This document shows, piece after piece, positions 1 to 8,867 of a stretch of DNA of 64,000 nt. Positions within the stretch are counted from its first letter, which is position 1. Each line of letters opens with the position of its first letter. The stretch spans positions 32,001 through 96,000 of IMG/VR virus record IMGVR_UViG_3300026189_000002. One strand, written 5' to 3'. The stretch comes from a virus. The notes below the pieces were generated by a model. It was given only the letters and a program-made list of their open reading frames with translations. It did not search any database and was not told where the DNA came from. The position numbers were made by a program, and so were the translations under genes.

Positions 1-1788
1 GATGTATATAATAGCACGCTTTCTTCCTACGGCGCTTTTGATAGAATGTCTAGATACAGCGATTTCAGTGAAATGGAATCTACACCAGAAATATCTTCTG
101 CTTTAGACATATACGCCGAAGAAACAGTTTCATCTGACGAACACGGCAGAGTTCTTCATATACACTCCGACAATGCAAAAATAAAAGAAATACTAGACAA
201 TCTTTTTCACGATATATTAAATGTAGAATTTAATTTGCCAATGTGGACTCGTAATCTATGCAAGTATGGAGACTTCTTTTTATTTAATGACATTCATCCA
301 GAATATGGAGTCATAAACGCTTATCCAATTTCTATTAGCGAAGTAGAAAGAGAAGAAGGGTTTGACCCTAGCGACCCTAGCGCAGTTAGGTTTAGGTGGA
401 TTACTCAAGGTAATCAAATTTTAGAAAACTGGCAAATGTCTCACTTTAGGCTTTTAGGCAACGACGCTTTTTTGCCTTATGGAAATTCAGTATTAGAGTC
501 TGCAAGAAGAATATGGCGCCAGCTAATATTAATAGAAGATGCTATGCTTGTGTACCGAGTTATTAGAGCGCCTGAAAGAAGAGTTTTCTATATTGACGTA
601 GGTAATGTCCCCCCAGAAGACGTATCAAATTATTTAGAGCAAGCACAAACTAGCCTAAAAAGAAATCAAATAATTGACAAGTCTAATGGGCAAGTAGACT
701 TAAGATATAATCCGCTTAGCGTAGATGAAGATTATTTTCTTCCAGTCAGAGGCGGAGATTCAGGAACAAGGATAGATACACTAGCAGGCGGCCAAAATAC
801 TTCCGCAATAGAAGATGTTCAGTATATTCAAAAGAAGTTATTTGCTGCTTTAAAAATACCTAGAGCTTATCTAGGATATGATGAAGAAGTCGGAGCAAAG
901 GCTACGCTTGCTCAAGAGGATATAAGGTTTAGCAGAGCAATACAAAGAATTCAGAAAGTTATTATTTCTGAGCTAAATAAGGTTGCTATGATACATCTTT
1001 ATTGTCATGGTTATGAAGGAGAAGATTTAGCAGACTTTAATTTAATGCTATCTAACCCTTCTTCTTTAGCTCAACAACAAAAATTAGAGCTTATTAGAGT
1101 CAGGTTTGAAATTGCAGGATCTGCACCAGAGGGTTCGGTTAGTAGAAAATGGGTTCAAAAAAATGTTATAGGACTTACTGACTCTGAAATAGAAAACATA
1201 AAACAAGACAAGATAGACGAAAAACTATCTGATTCAGAGCTAGAAAATGTTCAGGCTGAAGCTCCTGAAGGGGCTGACGAAGATACAGATACAGCAGCAG
1301 ACGAAGAGGCCGAGGAAGATCTTTTCGCTTCTGACAAAAAAGGCGGAGAGTTATTGACAGCTCAACCGCCAGAAGAAAATAATAAAAAATCTTCTAAAAA
1401 AGACGAAGAAGAAATTCCAAATATAAAACTATCCATTGATGACGAAGACGCTCCGATAAAAGCCCAGTCCGCGATAAGAAACGTTTTTGGAGGCGAACTA
1501 AATAAAAAAAGGACATCTAATGGACCTTCAAAAAATTCAATGCCCGATTTTTTAAAGATGACTTCTACTGGAAAGTCCGGACGCGGTCAAGATAGCTTAA
1601 ATAAGCCTTACGGAAATAAGAAGTTTGTGGATCCATTTTCTGAATCAAGCGATCAGTCAGAGATGCCAAAACTATCAATAGGACTAGTAAAAACTTTGAA
1701 TCACATGTCGAACAAAATAGGTATTAATAATAAGGCCTTACTTTCAGAGGCCGAAGACAAAAAGGGGGACCATAATGGCGAAGCATAA
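1..1788 (+). CDS. Portal protein (T4 gp20-like), 5'-truncated by the window edge
   Basis: Frame is open from base 1. gp20 motifs EDAMLVYRVIRAPERRVFYIDVGN, EDYFLP, IDTLAGGQN and YIQKKLFAALKIP. Long acidic C-terminal tail. Confidence 0.95.
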   Translation, partial: DVYNSTLSSYGAFDRMSRYSDFSEMESTPEISSALDIYAEETVSSDEHGRVLHIHSDNAKIKEILDNLFHDILNVEFNLPMWTRNLCKYGDFFLFNDIHPEYGVINAYPISISEVEREEGFDPSDPSAVRFRWITQGNQILENWQMSHFRLLGNDAFLPYGNSVLESARRIWRQLILIEDAMLVYRVIRAPERRVFYIDVGNVPPEDVSNYLEQAQTSLKRNQIIDKSNGQVDLRYNPLSVDEDYFLPVRGGDSGTRIDTLAGGQNTSAIEDVQYIQKKLFAALKIPRAYLGYDEEVGAKATLAQEDIRFSRAIQRIQKVIISELNKVAMIHLYCHGYEGEDLADFNLMLSNPSSLAQQQKLELIRVRFEIAGSAPEGSVSRKWVQKNVIGLTDSEIENIKQDKIDEKLSDSELENVQAEAPEGADEDTDTAADEEAEEDLFASDKKGGELLTAQPPEENNKKSSKKDEEEIPNIKLSIDDEDAPIKAQSAIRNVFGGELNKKRTSNGPSKNSMPDFLKMTSTGKSGRGQDSLNKPYGNKKFVDPFSESSDQSEMPKLSIGLVKTLNHMSNKIGINNKALLSEAEDKKGDHNGEA

Positions 1789-2599
1789 CAAGAAGCGCAA
1801 CGTCGGTCTGATTCATGAGCAGCTGATCAGAAAAATTAGCGAACATGTAGTCGATAAGGACCAAGATAATATTGACAAAATTTTCAATATAATAGAAAAC
1901 AATTTCGTTAAAGGGAGCGAACTTTATAAAGAATTTAGGTTGTTCAATTCATTAGTTCACTCTAGAGTCGGATCTAAAGAAATTGCTTCTAAAATATTAG
2001 AAGAGAGTAAGTCAGCTGCTAAAAAACACAATATAAGCAAAATTGATCAGGAAAAATCAAAGTTGATAAAAGAGATCAATCACAACCTAGATGGAAAAGA
2101 TCTGTACTCAACTCGAGTTGAAACATATAAGGTTTTTTCTACCGTTCAAGCTTTACTTAATGAATGGAGAGGGCACGGAAATCTTTTTCCTGAAGAAATA
2201 GTAAAATACGAAAGCCTTTTAGAAAATTGGCTTTGTAGAGGTAAAGAGGAAAATCAGAACAGCAATAAAGTCGGAGATCCTCTTGTTTTAAAAATGATGA
2301 TACAAAAGTTTAATGAAAAGTATGAAGGAAACCTAAACAATATGCAGCGTTCCTTAATTGCTTCGAAGTTATCAGAAGATAATGAAAAAGTTTTAGAACA
2401 GGTCAGCACTATAAAAGAAGCAGGCCTGAAAAAAGTTAATGATTTTTATTCTAGCTGTGATAACAAGTTTTTGTTAGAGAAAAAAGAAGAAATTTTGTCT
2501 AGAATAGACAGTCTAGAGGTTTCTTCTTCTGATAAAATCATAGAAAGAGCTATGTCGTTAGCTAATCTTGTAGAAGAGCTGGAGAGTGAAGATGAGTAA
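1775..2599 (+). CDS. Hypothetical head-module protein
   Basis: 274-aa helical ORF between portal and protease, overlapping both. GGGGG SD-like tract upstream. Confidence 0.6.
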   Translation: MAKHNKKRNVGLIHEQLIRKISEHVVDKDQDNIDKIFNIIENNFVKGSELYKEFRLFNSLVHSRVGSKEIASKILEESKSAAKKHNISKIDQEKSKLIKEINHNLDGKDLYSTRVETYKVFSTVQALLNEWRGHGNLFPEEIVKYESLLENWLCRGKEENQNSNKVGDPLVLKMMIQKFNEKYEGNLNNMQRSLIASKLSEDNEKVLEQVSTIKEAGLKKVNDFYSSCDNKFLLEKKEEILSRIDSLEVSSSDKIIERAMSLANLVEELESEDE

Positions 2600-3203
2600 T
2601 AAAATGAAACTTTTAACCGAGTGGTTGCCTTTTGACTACTCTAAAGAAATGATAAAAGAGTCTAGAGATAACAACGACGGAAAAATAGTAATGAAGGGTA
2701 TTCTTCAAAAAGCAGATACGTTAAATCAAAACGGAAGAATATATCCGGAGCCTATTTTAGAAAGAGAAGTAAGAAATTACCAAAAGTTTATCGAAGAATC
2801 AAGAGCGCTAGGAGAATGCGATCACCCAGATAGCAGCGTCGTTGAACTAAAGAACGCTTCTCATATAGTAAGAGAAGCTTACATGCAAGAAGGTGTATGT
2901 TACGGAACCGTAGAATTGCTTGATACTCCAAGCGGTAAAATACTTCAAAGCTTAGTAGAGTCTGGAGTTACTCTTGGTATCTCCAGCAGAGGCGTAGGGT
3001 CAACAAGAAGAGACGGCGACTACGATGTAGTTCAAGATGATTTTCAGCTTATTTGCTGGGATTTTGTTTCAGAGCCTTCTACGCCTGGAGCATTTATGAT
3101 GAAAGAGGGAAGAGAGATTTCTAGAAGAGATCTAAACAACCACTTTAATAAAACAGATAGAATAAATAGGGCTATGAACGAAATCATAGCTTGGGAGGAT
3201 TAA
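2592..3203 (+). CDS. Prohead core protease (T4 gp21-like)
   Basis: Motifs NQNGRIYP, ALGECDHP, SHIV, GISSRGVGS and DFVSEPS. GGAG at 2581 favours ATG 2592. Confidence 0.95.
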   Translation: MSNKMKLLTEWLPFDYSKEMIKESRDNNDGKIVMKGILQKADTLNQNGRIYPEPILEREVRNYQKFIEESRALGECDHPDSSVVELKNASHIVREAYMQEGVCYGTVELLDTPSGKILQSLVESGVTLGISSRGVGSTRRDGDYDVVQDDFQLICWDFVSEPSTPGAFMMKEGREISRRDLNNHFNKTDRINRAMNEIIAWED

Positions 3204-3205
3204 TC

Positions 3206-3568
3206 ATGGGAAATTGGGTATTACCAGGACTTGGAGATGTTGGCGCGTATCAAGTTTCAGGAACTCCTTTTGTTTTTGACGCAACCGGCGAACAAGCTGC
3301 AGCGGTATCTGCAACAGCCACGCTAAAATACGTGACATCAGATGTTCAAATAAATACTACAGGAGCCGGCTGTACTGTTCACTTCGGTGACGTGGCCGAT
3401 ACTACATACGCACTTCCTGCCGGATTATCTACCTTTAGAGTAAAGTGCAAAAAAATTGTAGTTTCTGCAGCAGCTCAACAAACTGTCAGTGTGTGTGCAT
3501 CTTTAACGGGAATAGAAGCAAAACACCTGGAACAGCACGATCAAGACGATTACGGAACTGTAGTTTAA
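3206..3568 (+). CDS. Small beta-rich virion protein (possible capsid decoration)
   Basis: GGAGG SD before ATG 3206. N-terminal PGLGDVGAYQVSGTP followed by Ala/Thr/Val-rich beta pattern. Head-module position. Confidence 0.45.
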   Translation: MGNWVLPGLGDVGAYQVSGTPFVFDATGEQAAAVSATATLKYVTSDVQINTTGAGCTVHFGDVADTTYALPAGLSTFRVKCKKIVVSAAAQQTVSVCASLTGIEAKHLEQHDQDDYGTVV

Positions 3569-3578
3569 GGGATAAGAA

Positions 3579-3980
3579 ATGGCAAAATTAACTAAGACAG
3601 CGTTAAAAAGTATTGTAAAAGAGTGTTTAGTAGAAATACTCGCAGAAGGAATAGGTTCAACCAACGCAATCAATGAATCTAAAAAGACGCCTGCAAAAAA
3701 ACCGGTAAAAAGACCTGCGCCTACAAACAAAAAATTTGATCAAGCAGTTAGTCAAACCGTTGGCTCTATAACAGATGACGATATAATGAGAGAAATTTTA
3801 GCGGACACAGCTAAGGGTACTCTTCAAGAGCAGCTAAAGCATGAAAGATCAAAGCCTGGTGCAGTAGTTCAATCTGGATTATCTCAAGATCAATCTTCAG
3901 CAGGAATTAATTTAGATGGAATATTTAGTTCAGCTAGTGAAAATTGGTCTTCATTAGCATTCACTGAAAAGAAAAACTAG
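3579..3980 (+). CDS. Putative internal head protein
   Basis: N-terminal KLTKTALKSIVKECLVEILAE helix with hydrophobic-x-Glu sites like gp21 cleavage sites. Confidence 0.5.
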   Translation: MAKLTKTALKSIVKECLVEILAEGIGSTNAINESKKTPAKKPVKRPAPTNKKFDQAVSQTVGSITDDDIMREILADTAKGTLQEQLKHERSKPGAVVQSGLSQDQSSAGINLDGIFSSASENWSSLAFTEKKN

Positions 3981-4019
3981 TTACATAATATTTATTTTTG
4001 AGGACACTGGAGATTAACC

Positions 4020-4295
4020 ATGACTAAAAGAGTTAAAAGACTTACAGAAAAAAGCCTTCGCGATATGATAATCGAAGAAGCAAGAGCTCTAACAGAGACT
4101 TTAGAGCAAGGAAAAGATGACGCTGAAAAAGTTTCTGCTGAAGAATGCGATGCTGATAAATTAGCCGGTTCTTTAGAAAAAGATATAGATTACATGAAGG
4201 CCTTAAAGATTCACGAGAATAGACTTAGGTCTAGACTTGCAAAAATAGCAGAAGCTAAAAGCGTTTTGCAAAAAAGAATTATAAAAAGAATTTAA
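4020..4295 (+). CDS. Putative internal head / prohead core protein
   Basis: RLTEKSLRDMIIEE N-terminal motif and C-terminal coiled coil. GGAG SD, ATATTTA motif upstream. Confidence 0.5.
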   Translation: MTKRVKRLTEKSLRDMIIEEARALTETLEQGKDDAEKVSAEECDADKLAGSLEKDIDYMKALKIHENRLRSRLAKIAEAKSVLQKRIIKRI

Positions 4296-4304
4296 GGAGA
4301 AAAA

Positions 4305-4793
4305 ATGCCTAGCCACAAACAAGGTACAACTGAGGTCGTCCAAACGGAAGGATCTCTAGGTACTATTAGCGGATTGTCTACTTCGGATACAAACAGAATG
4401 CAATCTTTATTTCCTGGAAGTCCGATTCACTTAGGCGAGATGACTAGAGAGCAGCTAAGAGAGTATTTTAAGACTGCAGTTCTCACCGGCGTTATAAACG
4501 ACGGTGGCCATACTTTCGGCCAGCATAACACGGCTTTTTCTGATTCTCCAAATATAGACGATGTAGAAACTGGTGGTGAAGGACTACCTGCTTCTCCTCA
4601 TGTTCCTAACCCTGTATCGCCAGGCGTAGGAAGTAATAACGCTGGAGATCAAGCTGAAGCCCCAGAGGGATTTGGGACAAAGAGATCGGACGTTCCTGGT
4701 TCTGGACCTGGTTCTAAACTTCAGCCTTCTGAGTCTTCTGAGAAAGTATACAATCAAGATATAGACAAGCTGGTCTTAGGTAAAGGATCTTGA
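4305..4793 (+). CDS. Hypothetical head protein, tandem paralogue 1 of 4
   Basis: AAGGAG SD. Shares F/Y-x(1-2)-(S/A)P(N/D)...PN...P and xPSE motifs with the next three ORFs. Confidence 0.6.
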   Translation: MPSHKQGTTEVVQTEGSLGTISGLSTSDTNRMQSLFPGSPIHLGEMTREQLREYFKTAVLTGVINDGGHTFGQHNTAFSDSPNIDDVETGGEGLPASPHVPNPVSPGVGSNNAGDQAEAPEGFGTKRSDVPGSGPGSKLQPSESSEKVYNQDIDKLVLGKGS

Positions 4794-4805
4794 TAAGGAG
4801 TTAAC

Positions 4806-5411
4806 ATGCCAACAAGAACAACCGGAACCGGAACCCCTTCAGATACTCATTCTGAGGGCAGAAATTTTGGAAGAAGAAGAACGGACGGTAATCTAGACAC
4901 TTTTAGAATTCCTGTAGATTTAAATTATGTTAGTAGACCCACGACCGGAGTAGAAGGCGATAATGCAAAAGACGTTAGACAAAAAATATTAGAAGGAACA
5001 TTGGGGCAAAGTACCGGTACAGCTCTTGCAGATTTGCAAGGATATTACGGAATGACAGCTGCTGAAGTTTTGAACTTATTCAAGTACAACGCTCCTGATG
5101 TTGTAGCAGAAAGAGGTGCGCAGCCGGCTTATGGTCCAAATTTAGCCATACCTCCTTTTGCTTCAAGTAGACCGGCCAATGTACTAGGCACGGATGAAGA
5201 TGAGTCAGATAGAAAAACTCAAGATAATTCTACAAAAATAGTCGGGGCAACTTATGGATCAATGTCACGCGAATCTTCTGAAAACAGAGCAAACCCTTCT
5301 GAAAATTCTACTCATCCTAGAGATAAAAGACCTAGCATGACTAGTGATGGAACTGACAGTATTGCAACTTTGTCTACCTCAGGCGTAGGCGCCCCTCCTG
5401 CAGAAGGATAA
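4806..5411 (+). CDS. Hypothetical head protein, tandem paralogue 2 of 4
   Basis: AAGGAG SD. Motifs YNAPD...YGPNLAIPP...NPSENS. Confidence 0.6.
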   Translation: MPTRTTGTGTPSDTHSEGRNFGRRRTDGNLDTFRIPVDLNYVSRPTTGVEGDNAKDVRQKILEGTLGQSTGTALADLQGYYGMTAAEVLNLFKYNAPDVVAERGAQPAYGPNLAIPPFASSRPANVLGTDEDESDRKTQDNSTKIVGATYGSMSRESSENRANPSENSTHPRDKRPSMTSDGTDSIATLSTSGVGAPPAEG

Positions 5412-5431
5412 TAAAAATAAGGTAAAATGTT

Positions 5432-6031
5432 TTGAGCGAAGAAGTAAATCCATACGAAAAAGGTTCCTCTAATAAAGAGCACTTAAAAAGTGTTTTTATC
5501 GATCCTAGAGATGCCGACGACCGACCGCTGCAAATAGAGCATCTAAATAAAGAGCAGGGAAGAGCAGACATGTTGTCTGGAAATACTAGGGAAATAGAAG
5601 TAGGAGACCGCGACGAGGACGGAGAAGATGAAGTCTATTTAGTTCCTAGGGTCAACGATACAGAAAAATTGGCTAGCTACTGGGGTTTTAGCGATACAAA
5701 ATCAGTAGATTTACAATATAACGATGCGCCTGACTTTAGTAAAGATGCTACAAGACCGGCTTTTTTAAAATCTCCTTTTTGCCCTAATCTTGTACCTCCT
5801 AGTATAACTCCTGAGACTAGAGGAGCGTTTACTTCTGACGCTGATAATAGTGTAACATTTTCTTTACCAAATGGAGCAGATCCAACAAAACCTCGTTTTG
5901 GAACTAGAAGAGCAGTTTCTAATAGAAACAACGGTTCTTTAAAAAGCCCTTCTGAATTTGTTAGCTCTATTAAAGGCAGAGCTGTTAATCCGCCCGTTTT
6001 AGCTGTGAATCGCGTAAATTTTGAAGATTAG
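5432..6031 (+). CDS. Hypothetical head protein, tandem paralogue 3 of 4
   Basis: Motifs YNDAPDF...FCPNLVPP...TRGAFTSDADN...SPSEF. TTG start after AAGGT. Confidence 0.6.
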   Translation: MSEEVNPYEKGSSNKEHLKSVFIDPRDADDRPLQIEHLNKEQGRADMLSGNTREIEVGDRDEDGEDEVYLVPRVNDTEKLASYWGFSDTKSVDLQYNDAPDFSKDATRPAFLKSPFCPNLVPPSITPETRGAFTSDADNSVTFSLPNGADPTKPRFGTRRAVSNRNNGSLKSPSEFVSSIKGRAVNPPVLAVNRVNFED

Positions 6032-6048
6032 CAGTTGAGAGATAAGAG

Positions 6049-6567
6049 ATGCCTACTAATCCTGAAAATAGCACAAAGGTAATTACACACTCAGGAGAGT
6101 CTAAATGTAATACCGTTACAAACCCCATAAACGAAGAATCTCAATTCCACTCCAGTGACAATGCGTTTTTAGGAAAAAGATACAATAACAACACATCTGG
6201 TTTTAGAAGTTTAGAGGGTTTATCTATTACGGAGGAGTTAATTTTTCAAAAGGCTCAAATTGCAGTAACAGTCAATTTAAACTATTTAGCTCCTGATTTT
6301 GATGCTTCAGAAGTTGATTTATCTATATTGAGCGGTATGAGTTACTGGGCACCTAATCTTATACCTCCTATAGTTCACGAATCTACGAGAGGTGCATTTT
6401 CATCAGAAGACGACAATACACGTTCTTCATACGGAGAAGAACATCCTTTTTATCAGAATGCAAAACAATACATTGGCGAAACAGAATTTGAAAAAATAAA
6501 TCCGATTCAAGCATCTTCTAAAAATAAACAGACTACCTCCCGCATAATGTTAAGAAGATTGGATTAA
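6049..6567 (+). CDS. Hypothetical head protein, tandem paralogue 4 of 4
   Basis: Motifs YLAPDF...WAPNLIPP...TRGAFSSEDDN. Confidence 0.6.
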   Translation: MPTNPENSTKVITHSGESKCNTVTNPINEESQFHSSDNAFLGKRYNNNTSGFRSLEGLSITEELIFQKAQIAVTVNLNYLAPDFDASEVDLSILSGMSYWAPNLIPPIVHESTRGAFSSEDDNTRSSYGEEHPFYQNAKQYIGETEFEKINPIQASSKNKQTTSRIMLRRLD

Positions 6568-6569
6568 TT

Positions 6570-7103
6570 ATGATAGATAATCAGTCTAGGTATGACAGTA
6601 GAACAGGATTAGGCTACGGTCAGACTAAAGATAGATTTCAAAAGTCAAGGACTTCAAATTCATCTTTTCCTTATTCTCAATCCGATAAAGAAAAACAAGA
6701 AGATATTGAAGATTTTGAGCCAACAGAAGAAACTATTTCTGCAATTTATTCAAAATTTTTAAAAAAATTATCTTTTGATCCCGGCGCTCACAAATCTACC
6801 GACGGATTTTATTTTGCCGCAGGTAATACAAAACTTTCTGATTGTTATTTTAGAACAGAAAAAATGCTTTTAGAGATGGAAACTTTTTCTAATTCAATCT
6901 CTCCTATACCAGGGCTATATTCTTCTATGTCTACGCCCTCTGCTTCTCCTAGTTTAACAACAGGAAACTTTAAAAGAACGGGAACAACTAGGGGTTTTTC
7001 TTCTGCCCCGGAAGATTTTATAGAAGATGAAAAAGAATCTAAAGAAGAGTTTTATTCTTTGAAAGATCTAGTTAAAATAATTAGAAGCAAGCGAGGTGAG
7101 TAA
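6570..7103 (+). CDS. Hypothetical head-module protein
   Basis: 177-aa ORF tightly packed in the head operon. Contains an LLE site. Confidence 0.55.
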   Translation: MIDNQSRYDSRTGLGYGQTKDRFQKSRTSNSSFPYSQSDKEKQEDIEDFEPTEETISAIYSKFLKKLSFDPGAHKSTDGFYFAAGNTKLSDCYFRTEKMLLEMETFSNSISPIPGLYSSMSTPSASPSLTTGNFKRTGTTRGFSSAPEDFIEDEKESKEEFYSLKDLVKIIRSKRGE

Positions 7104-7149
7104 TTTTTGCTCTCATTAACCATACTTAATGATAAACGCAGGTGGACCT

Positions 7150-8856
7150 ATGACGAAATCCTTATACGAAGACGCGTTAGCGGATGCAAAAGAGCTTAGA
7201 GAGTTAGCCGAAGAGGCTGCAAAGAAAAGCTTAATTGAATCTATAACGCCACAAATACGCGACTTAGTTAATAAAAGACTAATGGGCGAAGACATATCAA
7301 TGGATGACTTAAAAGATCTAGAAGCTCCTGAATCAGATGATGACAGAGCGGAAATGTCTTTTGACGACTTGCCTGATGAGCCTATGCCAGAAGAAATTGA
7401 TGGACCGGTCGTTAATATAGACGCCGCTGGCGACGTAAATATAGATTTATCAGGATCATCTGACGATGATGATGACGAACCCGTGTTAACTGCAGCCATG
7501 GCTGAAAACTTAATGAGGTTAATTAACGGACATCGAGTAAATGAATCTAGCGGTTTAGAAAAAAGATTTAACTTGCTAGAAGAAAGATTTAATAAGTTAA
7601 AAGACGTAATTTCCATTGTGTCTGGTAGATCTGTATCAAATGATAAATCAGCCAGAATTCATAAATCGTATTCCATGTGTGTTAAAGAGGCGCATAAAAT
7701 ACACAAACAACTAATACTTAAAGAACAAGCGACTCAAGGGGATCTTGAGCAAAGACTGACTATAATGATCAAGGAGATGAAAAACATGTCAAAGTCAAAC
7801 AGTCGCAACATCTTTGACTTCCTCTTCGAGGGTGAGGGCGTTGATGAAAGCGCAGAAGTAAATGAAGCAGCTGCAGCTGCAGCTGGTACTGCAGCACGGA
7901 TGGCTACCGGAATAGCCGGTCACTTGGTCGGCAAAGGCGCAAAAGCTGCTGCTGATAAAGTAACAAGCGAAGCCGATTTAGAAGAGGCTGAGCTTTCTTT
8001 AGAACTTTCTGATGAAGAAAGAGACGAATTAGCAGATGCTGAAGACTCTGCTGCTGTTGACGCAGCTTTAGAGGATATTCTAGGCGATCTTGAAGTTTCA
8101 ATGGAAGCTGGAGATGACGCCGGTGAAGAGCCTGCCGAAGAAGAAGCCGAAGAAGAGGCTGAAGAAGACGAAGATGAAGGCGACGACGAGGACGATGAAA
8201 TGGATCTTCCTGAGGGGTCTCACATGGAAGAGACTTATAACGAAGCCGATACAGTCTACGAAATTGACGAGAATATGCTTAGAGCCGCTCTTAGTAGCCT
8301 TAACGAAGAGGCTTCTGATGAGGCTGATCAGTTTGGCGGAGGCGAACTTGGAGATGAAATGTTCGTTGATGTTGATGAGGAAGACCTTATTAACGCCCTA
8401 GCTGATGAGCTTGGCTCTGTTTCTGAGACTGGCGCTAGCGCTCCTGAGGTTGCTGCTGAGTCACGTTCATATAGAACAATGCGCAGAGAGCTAAACCAGG
8501 CGCACTTGCAGTTAGAGAAATATGACAATACTGTTAGAGAGCTTAAGAAGCAGTTGGTCGAAATGAATCTTTTTAATGCCAAGCTTCTTTATGCTAACAA
8601 ACTAATGCAAAACAAAGATCTTACTCTAAAGCAACAGAAGACGATTGTTGAAGCACTAGACAATGCTCAGACAATAAGCGAGGCTAAGCTTCTCTTTAAG
8701 ACTCTATCAGAGTCGTTGAGAAGAAAAAAGGGAACTAAGAATCTTCAGGAATCAAAAATCTTGGGTTCTTCATCAAAGGTTACCAAGTCCGGACAAGCTC
8801 AAAAAGTGAATCCAGAAGGCGCTCGTTGGGCAGTTCTTGCTGGAATTAAATCATAA
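7150..8856 (+). CDS. Prohead scaffolding/core protein (gp22-like), with a probable internal in-frame start at 7786
   Basis: Very acidic, with a C-terminal coiled coil (LVEMNLFNAKLLYANKL) and a RWAVLAGIK terminus. Lies directly upstream of the capsid gene. GGTGG SD before ATG 7150. Confidence 0.8.
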   Translation: MTKSLYEDALADAKELRELAEEAAKKSLIESITPQIRDLVNKRLMGEDISMDDLKDLEAPESDDDRAEMSFDDLPDEPMPEEIDGPVVNIDAAGDVNIDLSGSSDDDDDEPVLTAAMAENLMRLINGHRVNESSGLEKRFNLLEERFNKLKDVISIVSGRSVSNDKSARIHKSYSMCVKEAHKIHKQLILKEQATQGDLEQRLTIMIKEMKNMSKSNSRNIFDFLFEGEGVDESAEVNEAAAAAAGTAARMATGIAGHLVGKGAKAAADKVTSEADLEEAELSLELSDEERDELADAEDSAAVDAALEDILGDLEVSMEAGDDAGEEPAEEEAEEEAEEDEDEGDDEDDEMDLPEGSHMEETYNEADTVYEIDENMLRAALSSLNEEASDEADQFGGGELGDEMFVDVDEEDLINALADELGSVSETGASAPEVAAESRSYRTMRRELNQAHLQLEKYDNTVRELKKQLVEMNLFNAKLLYANKLMQNKDLTLKQQKTIVEALDNAQTISEAKLLFKTLSESLRRKKGTKNLQESKILGSSSKVTKSGQAQKVNPEGARWAVLAGIKS

Positions 8857-8867
8857 AAGGGGATAAG

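Noticed and set aside
364-381. GACCCTAGC tandem duplication in the portal gene
   Set aside because: Two 9-bp copies encoding DPS-DPS in a loop are too short to be meaningful.
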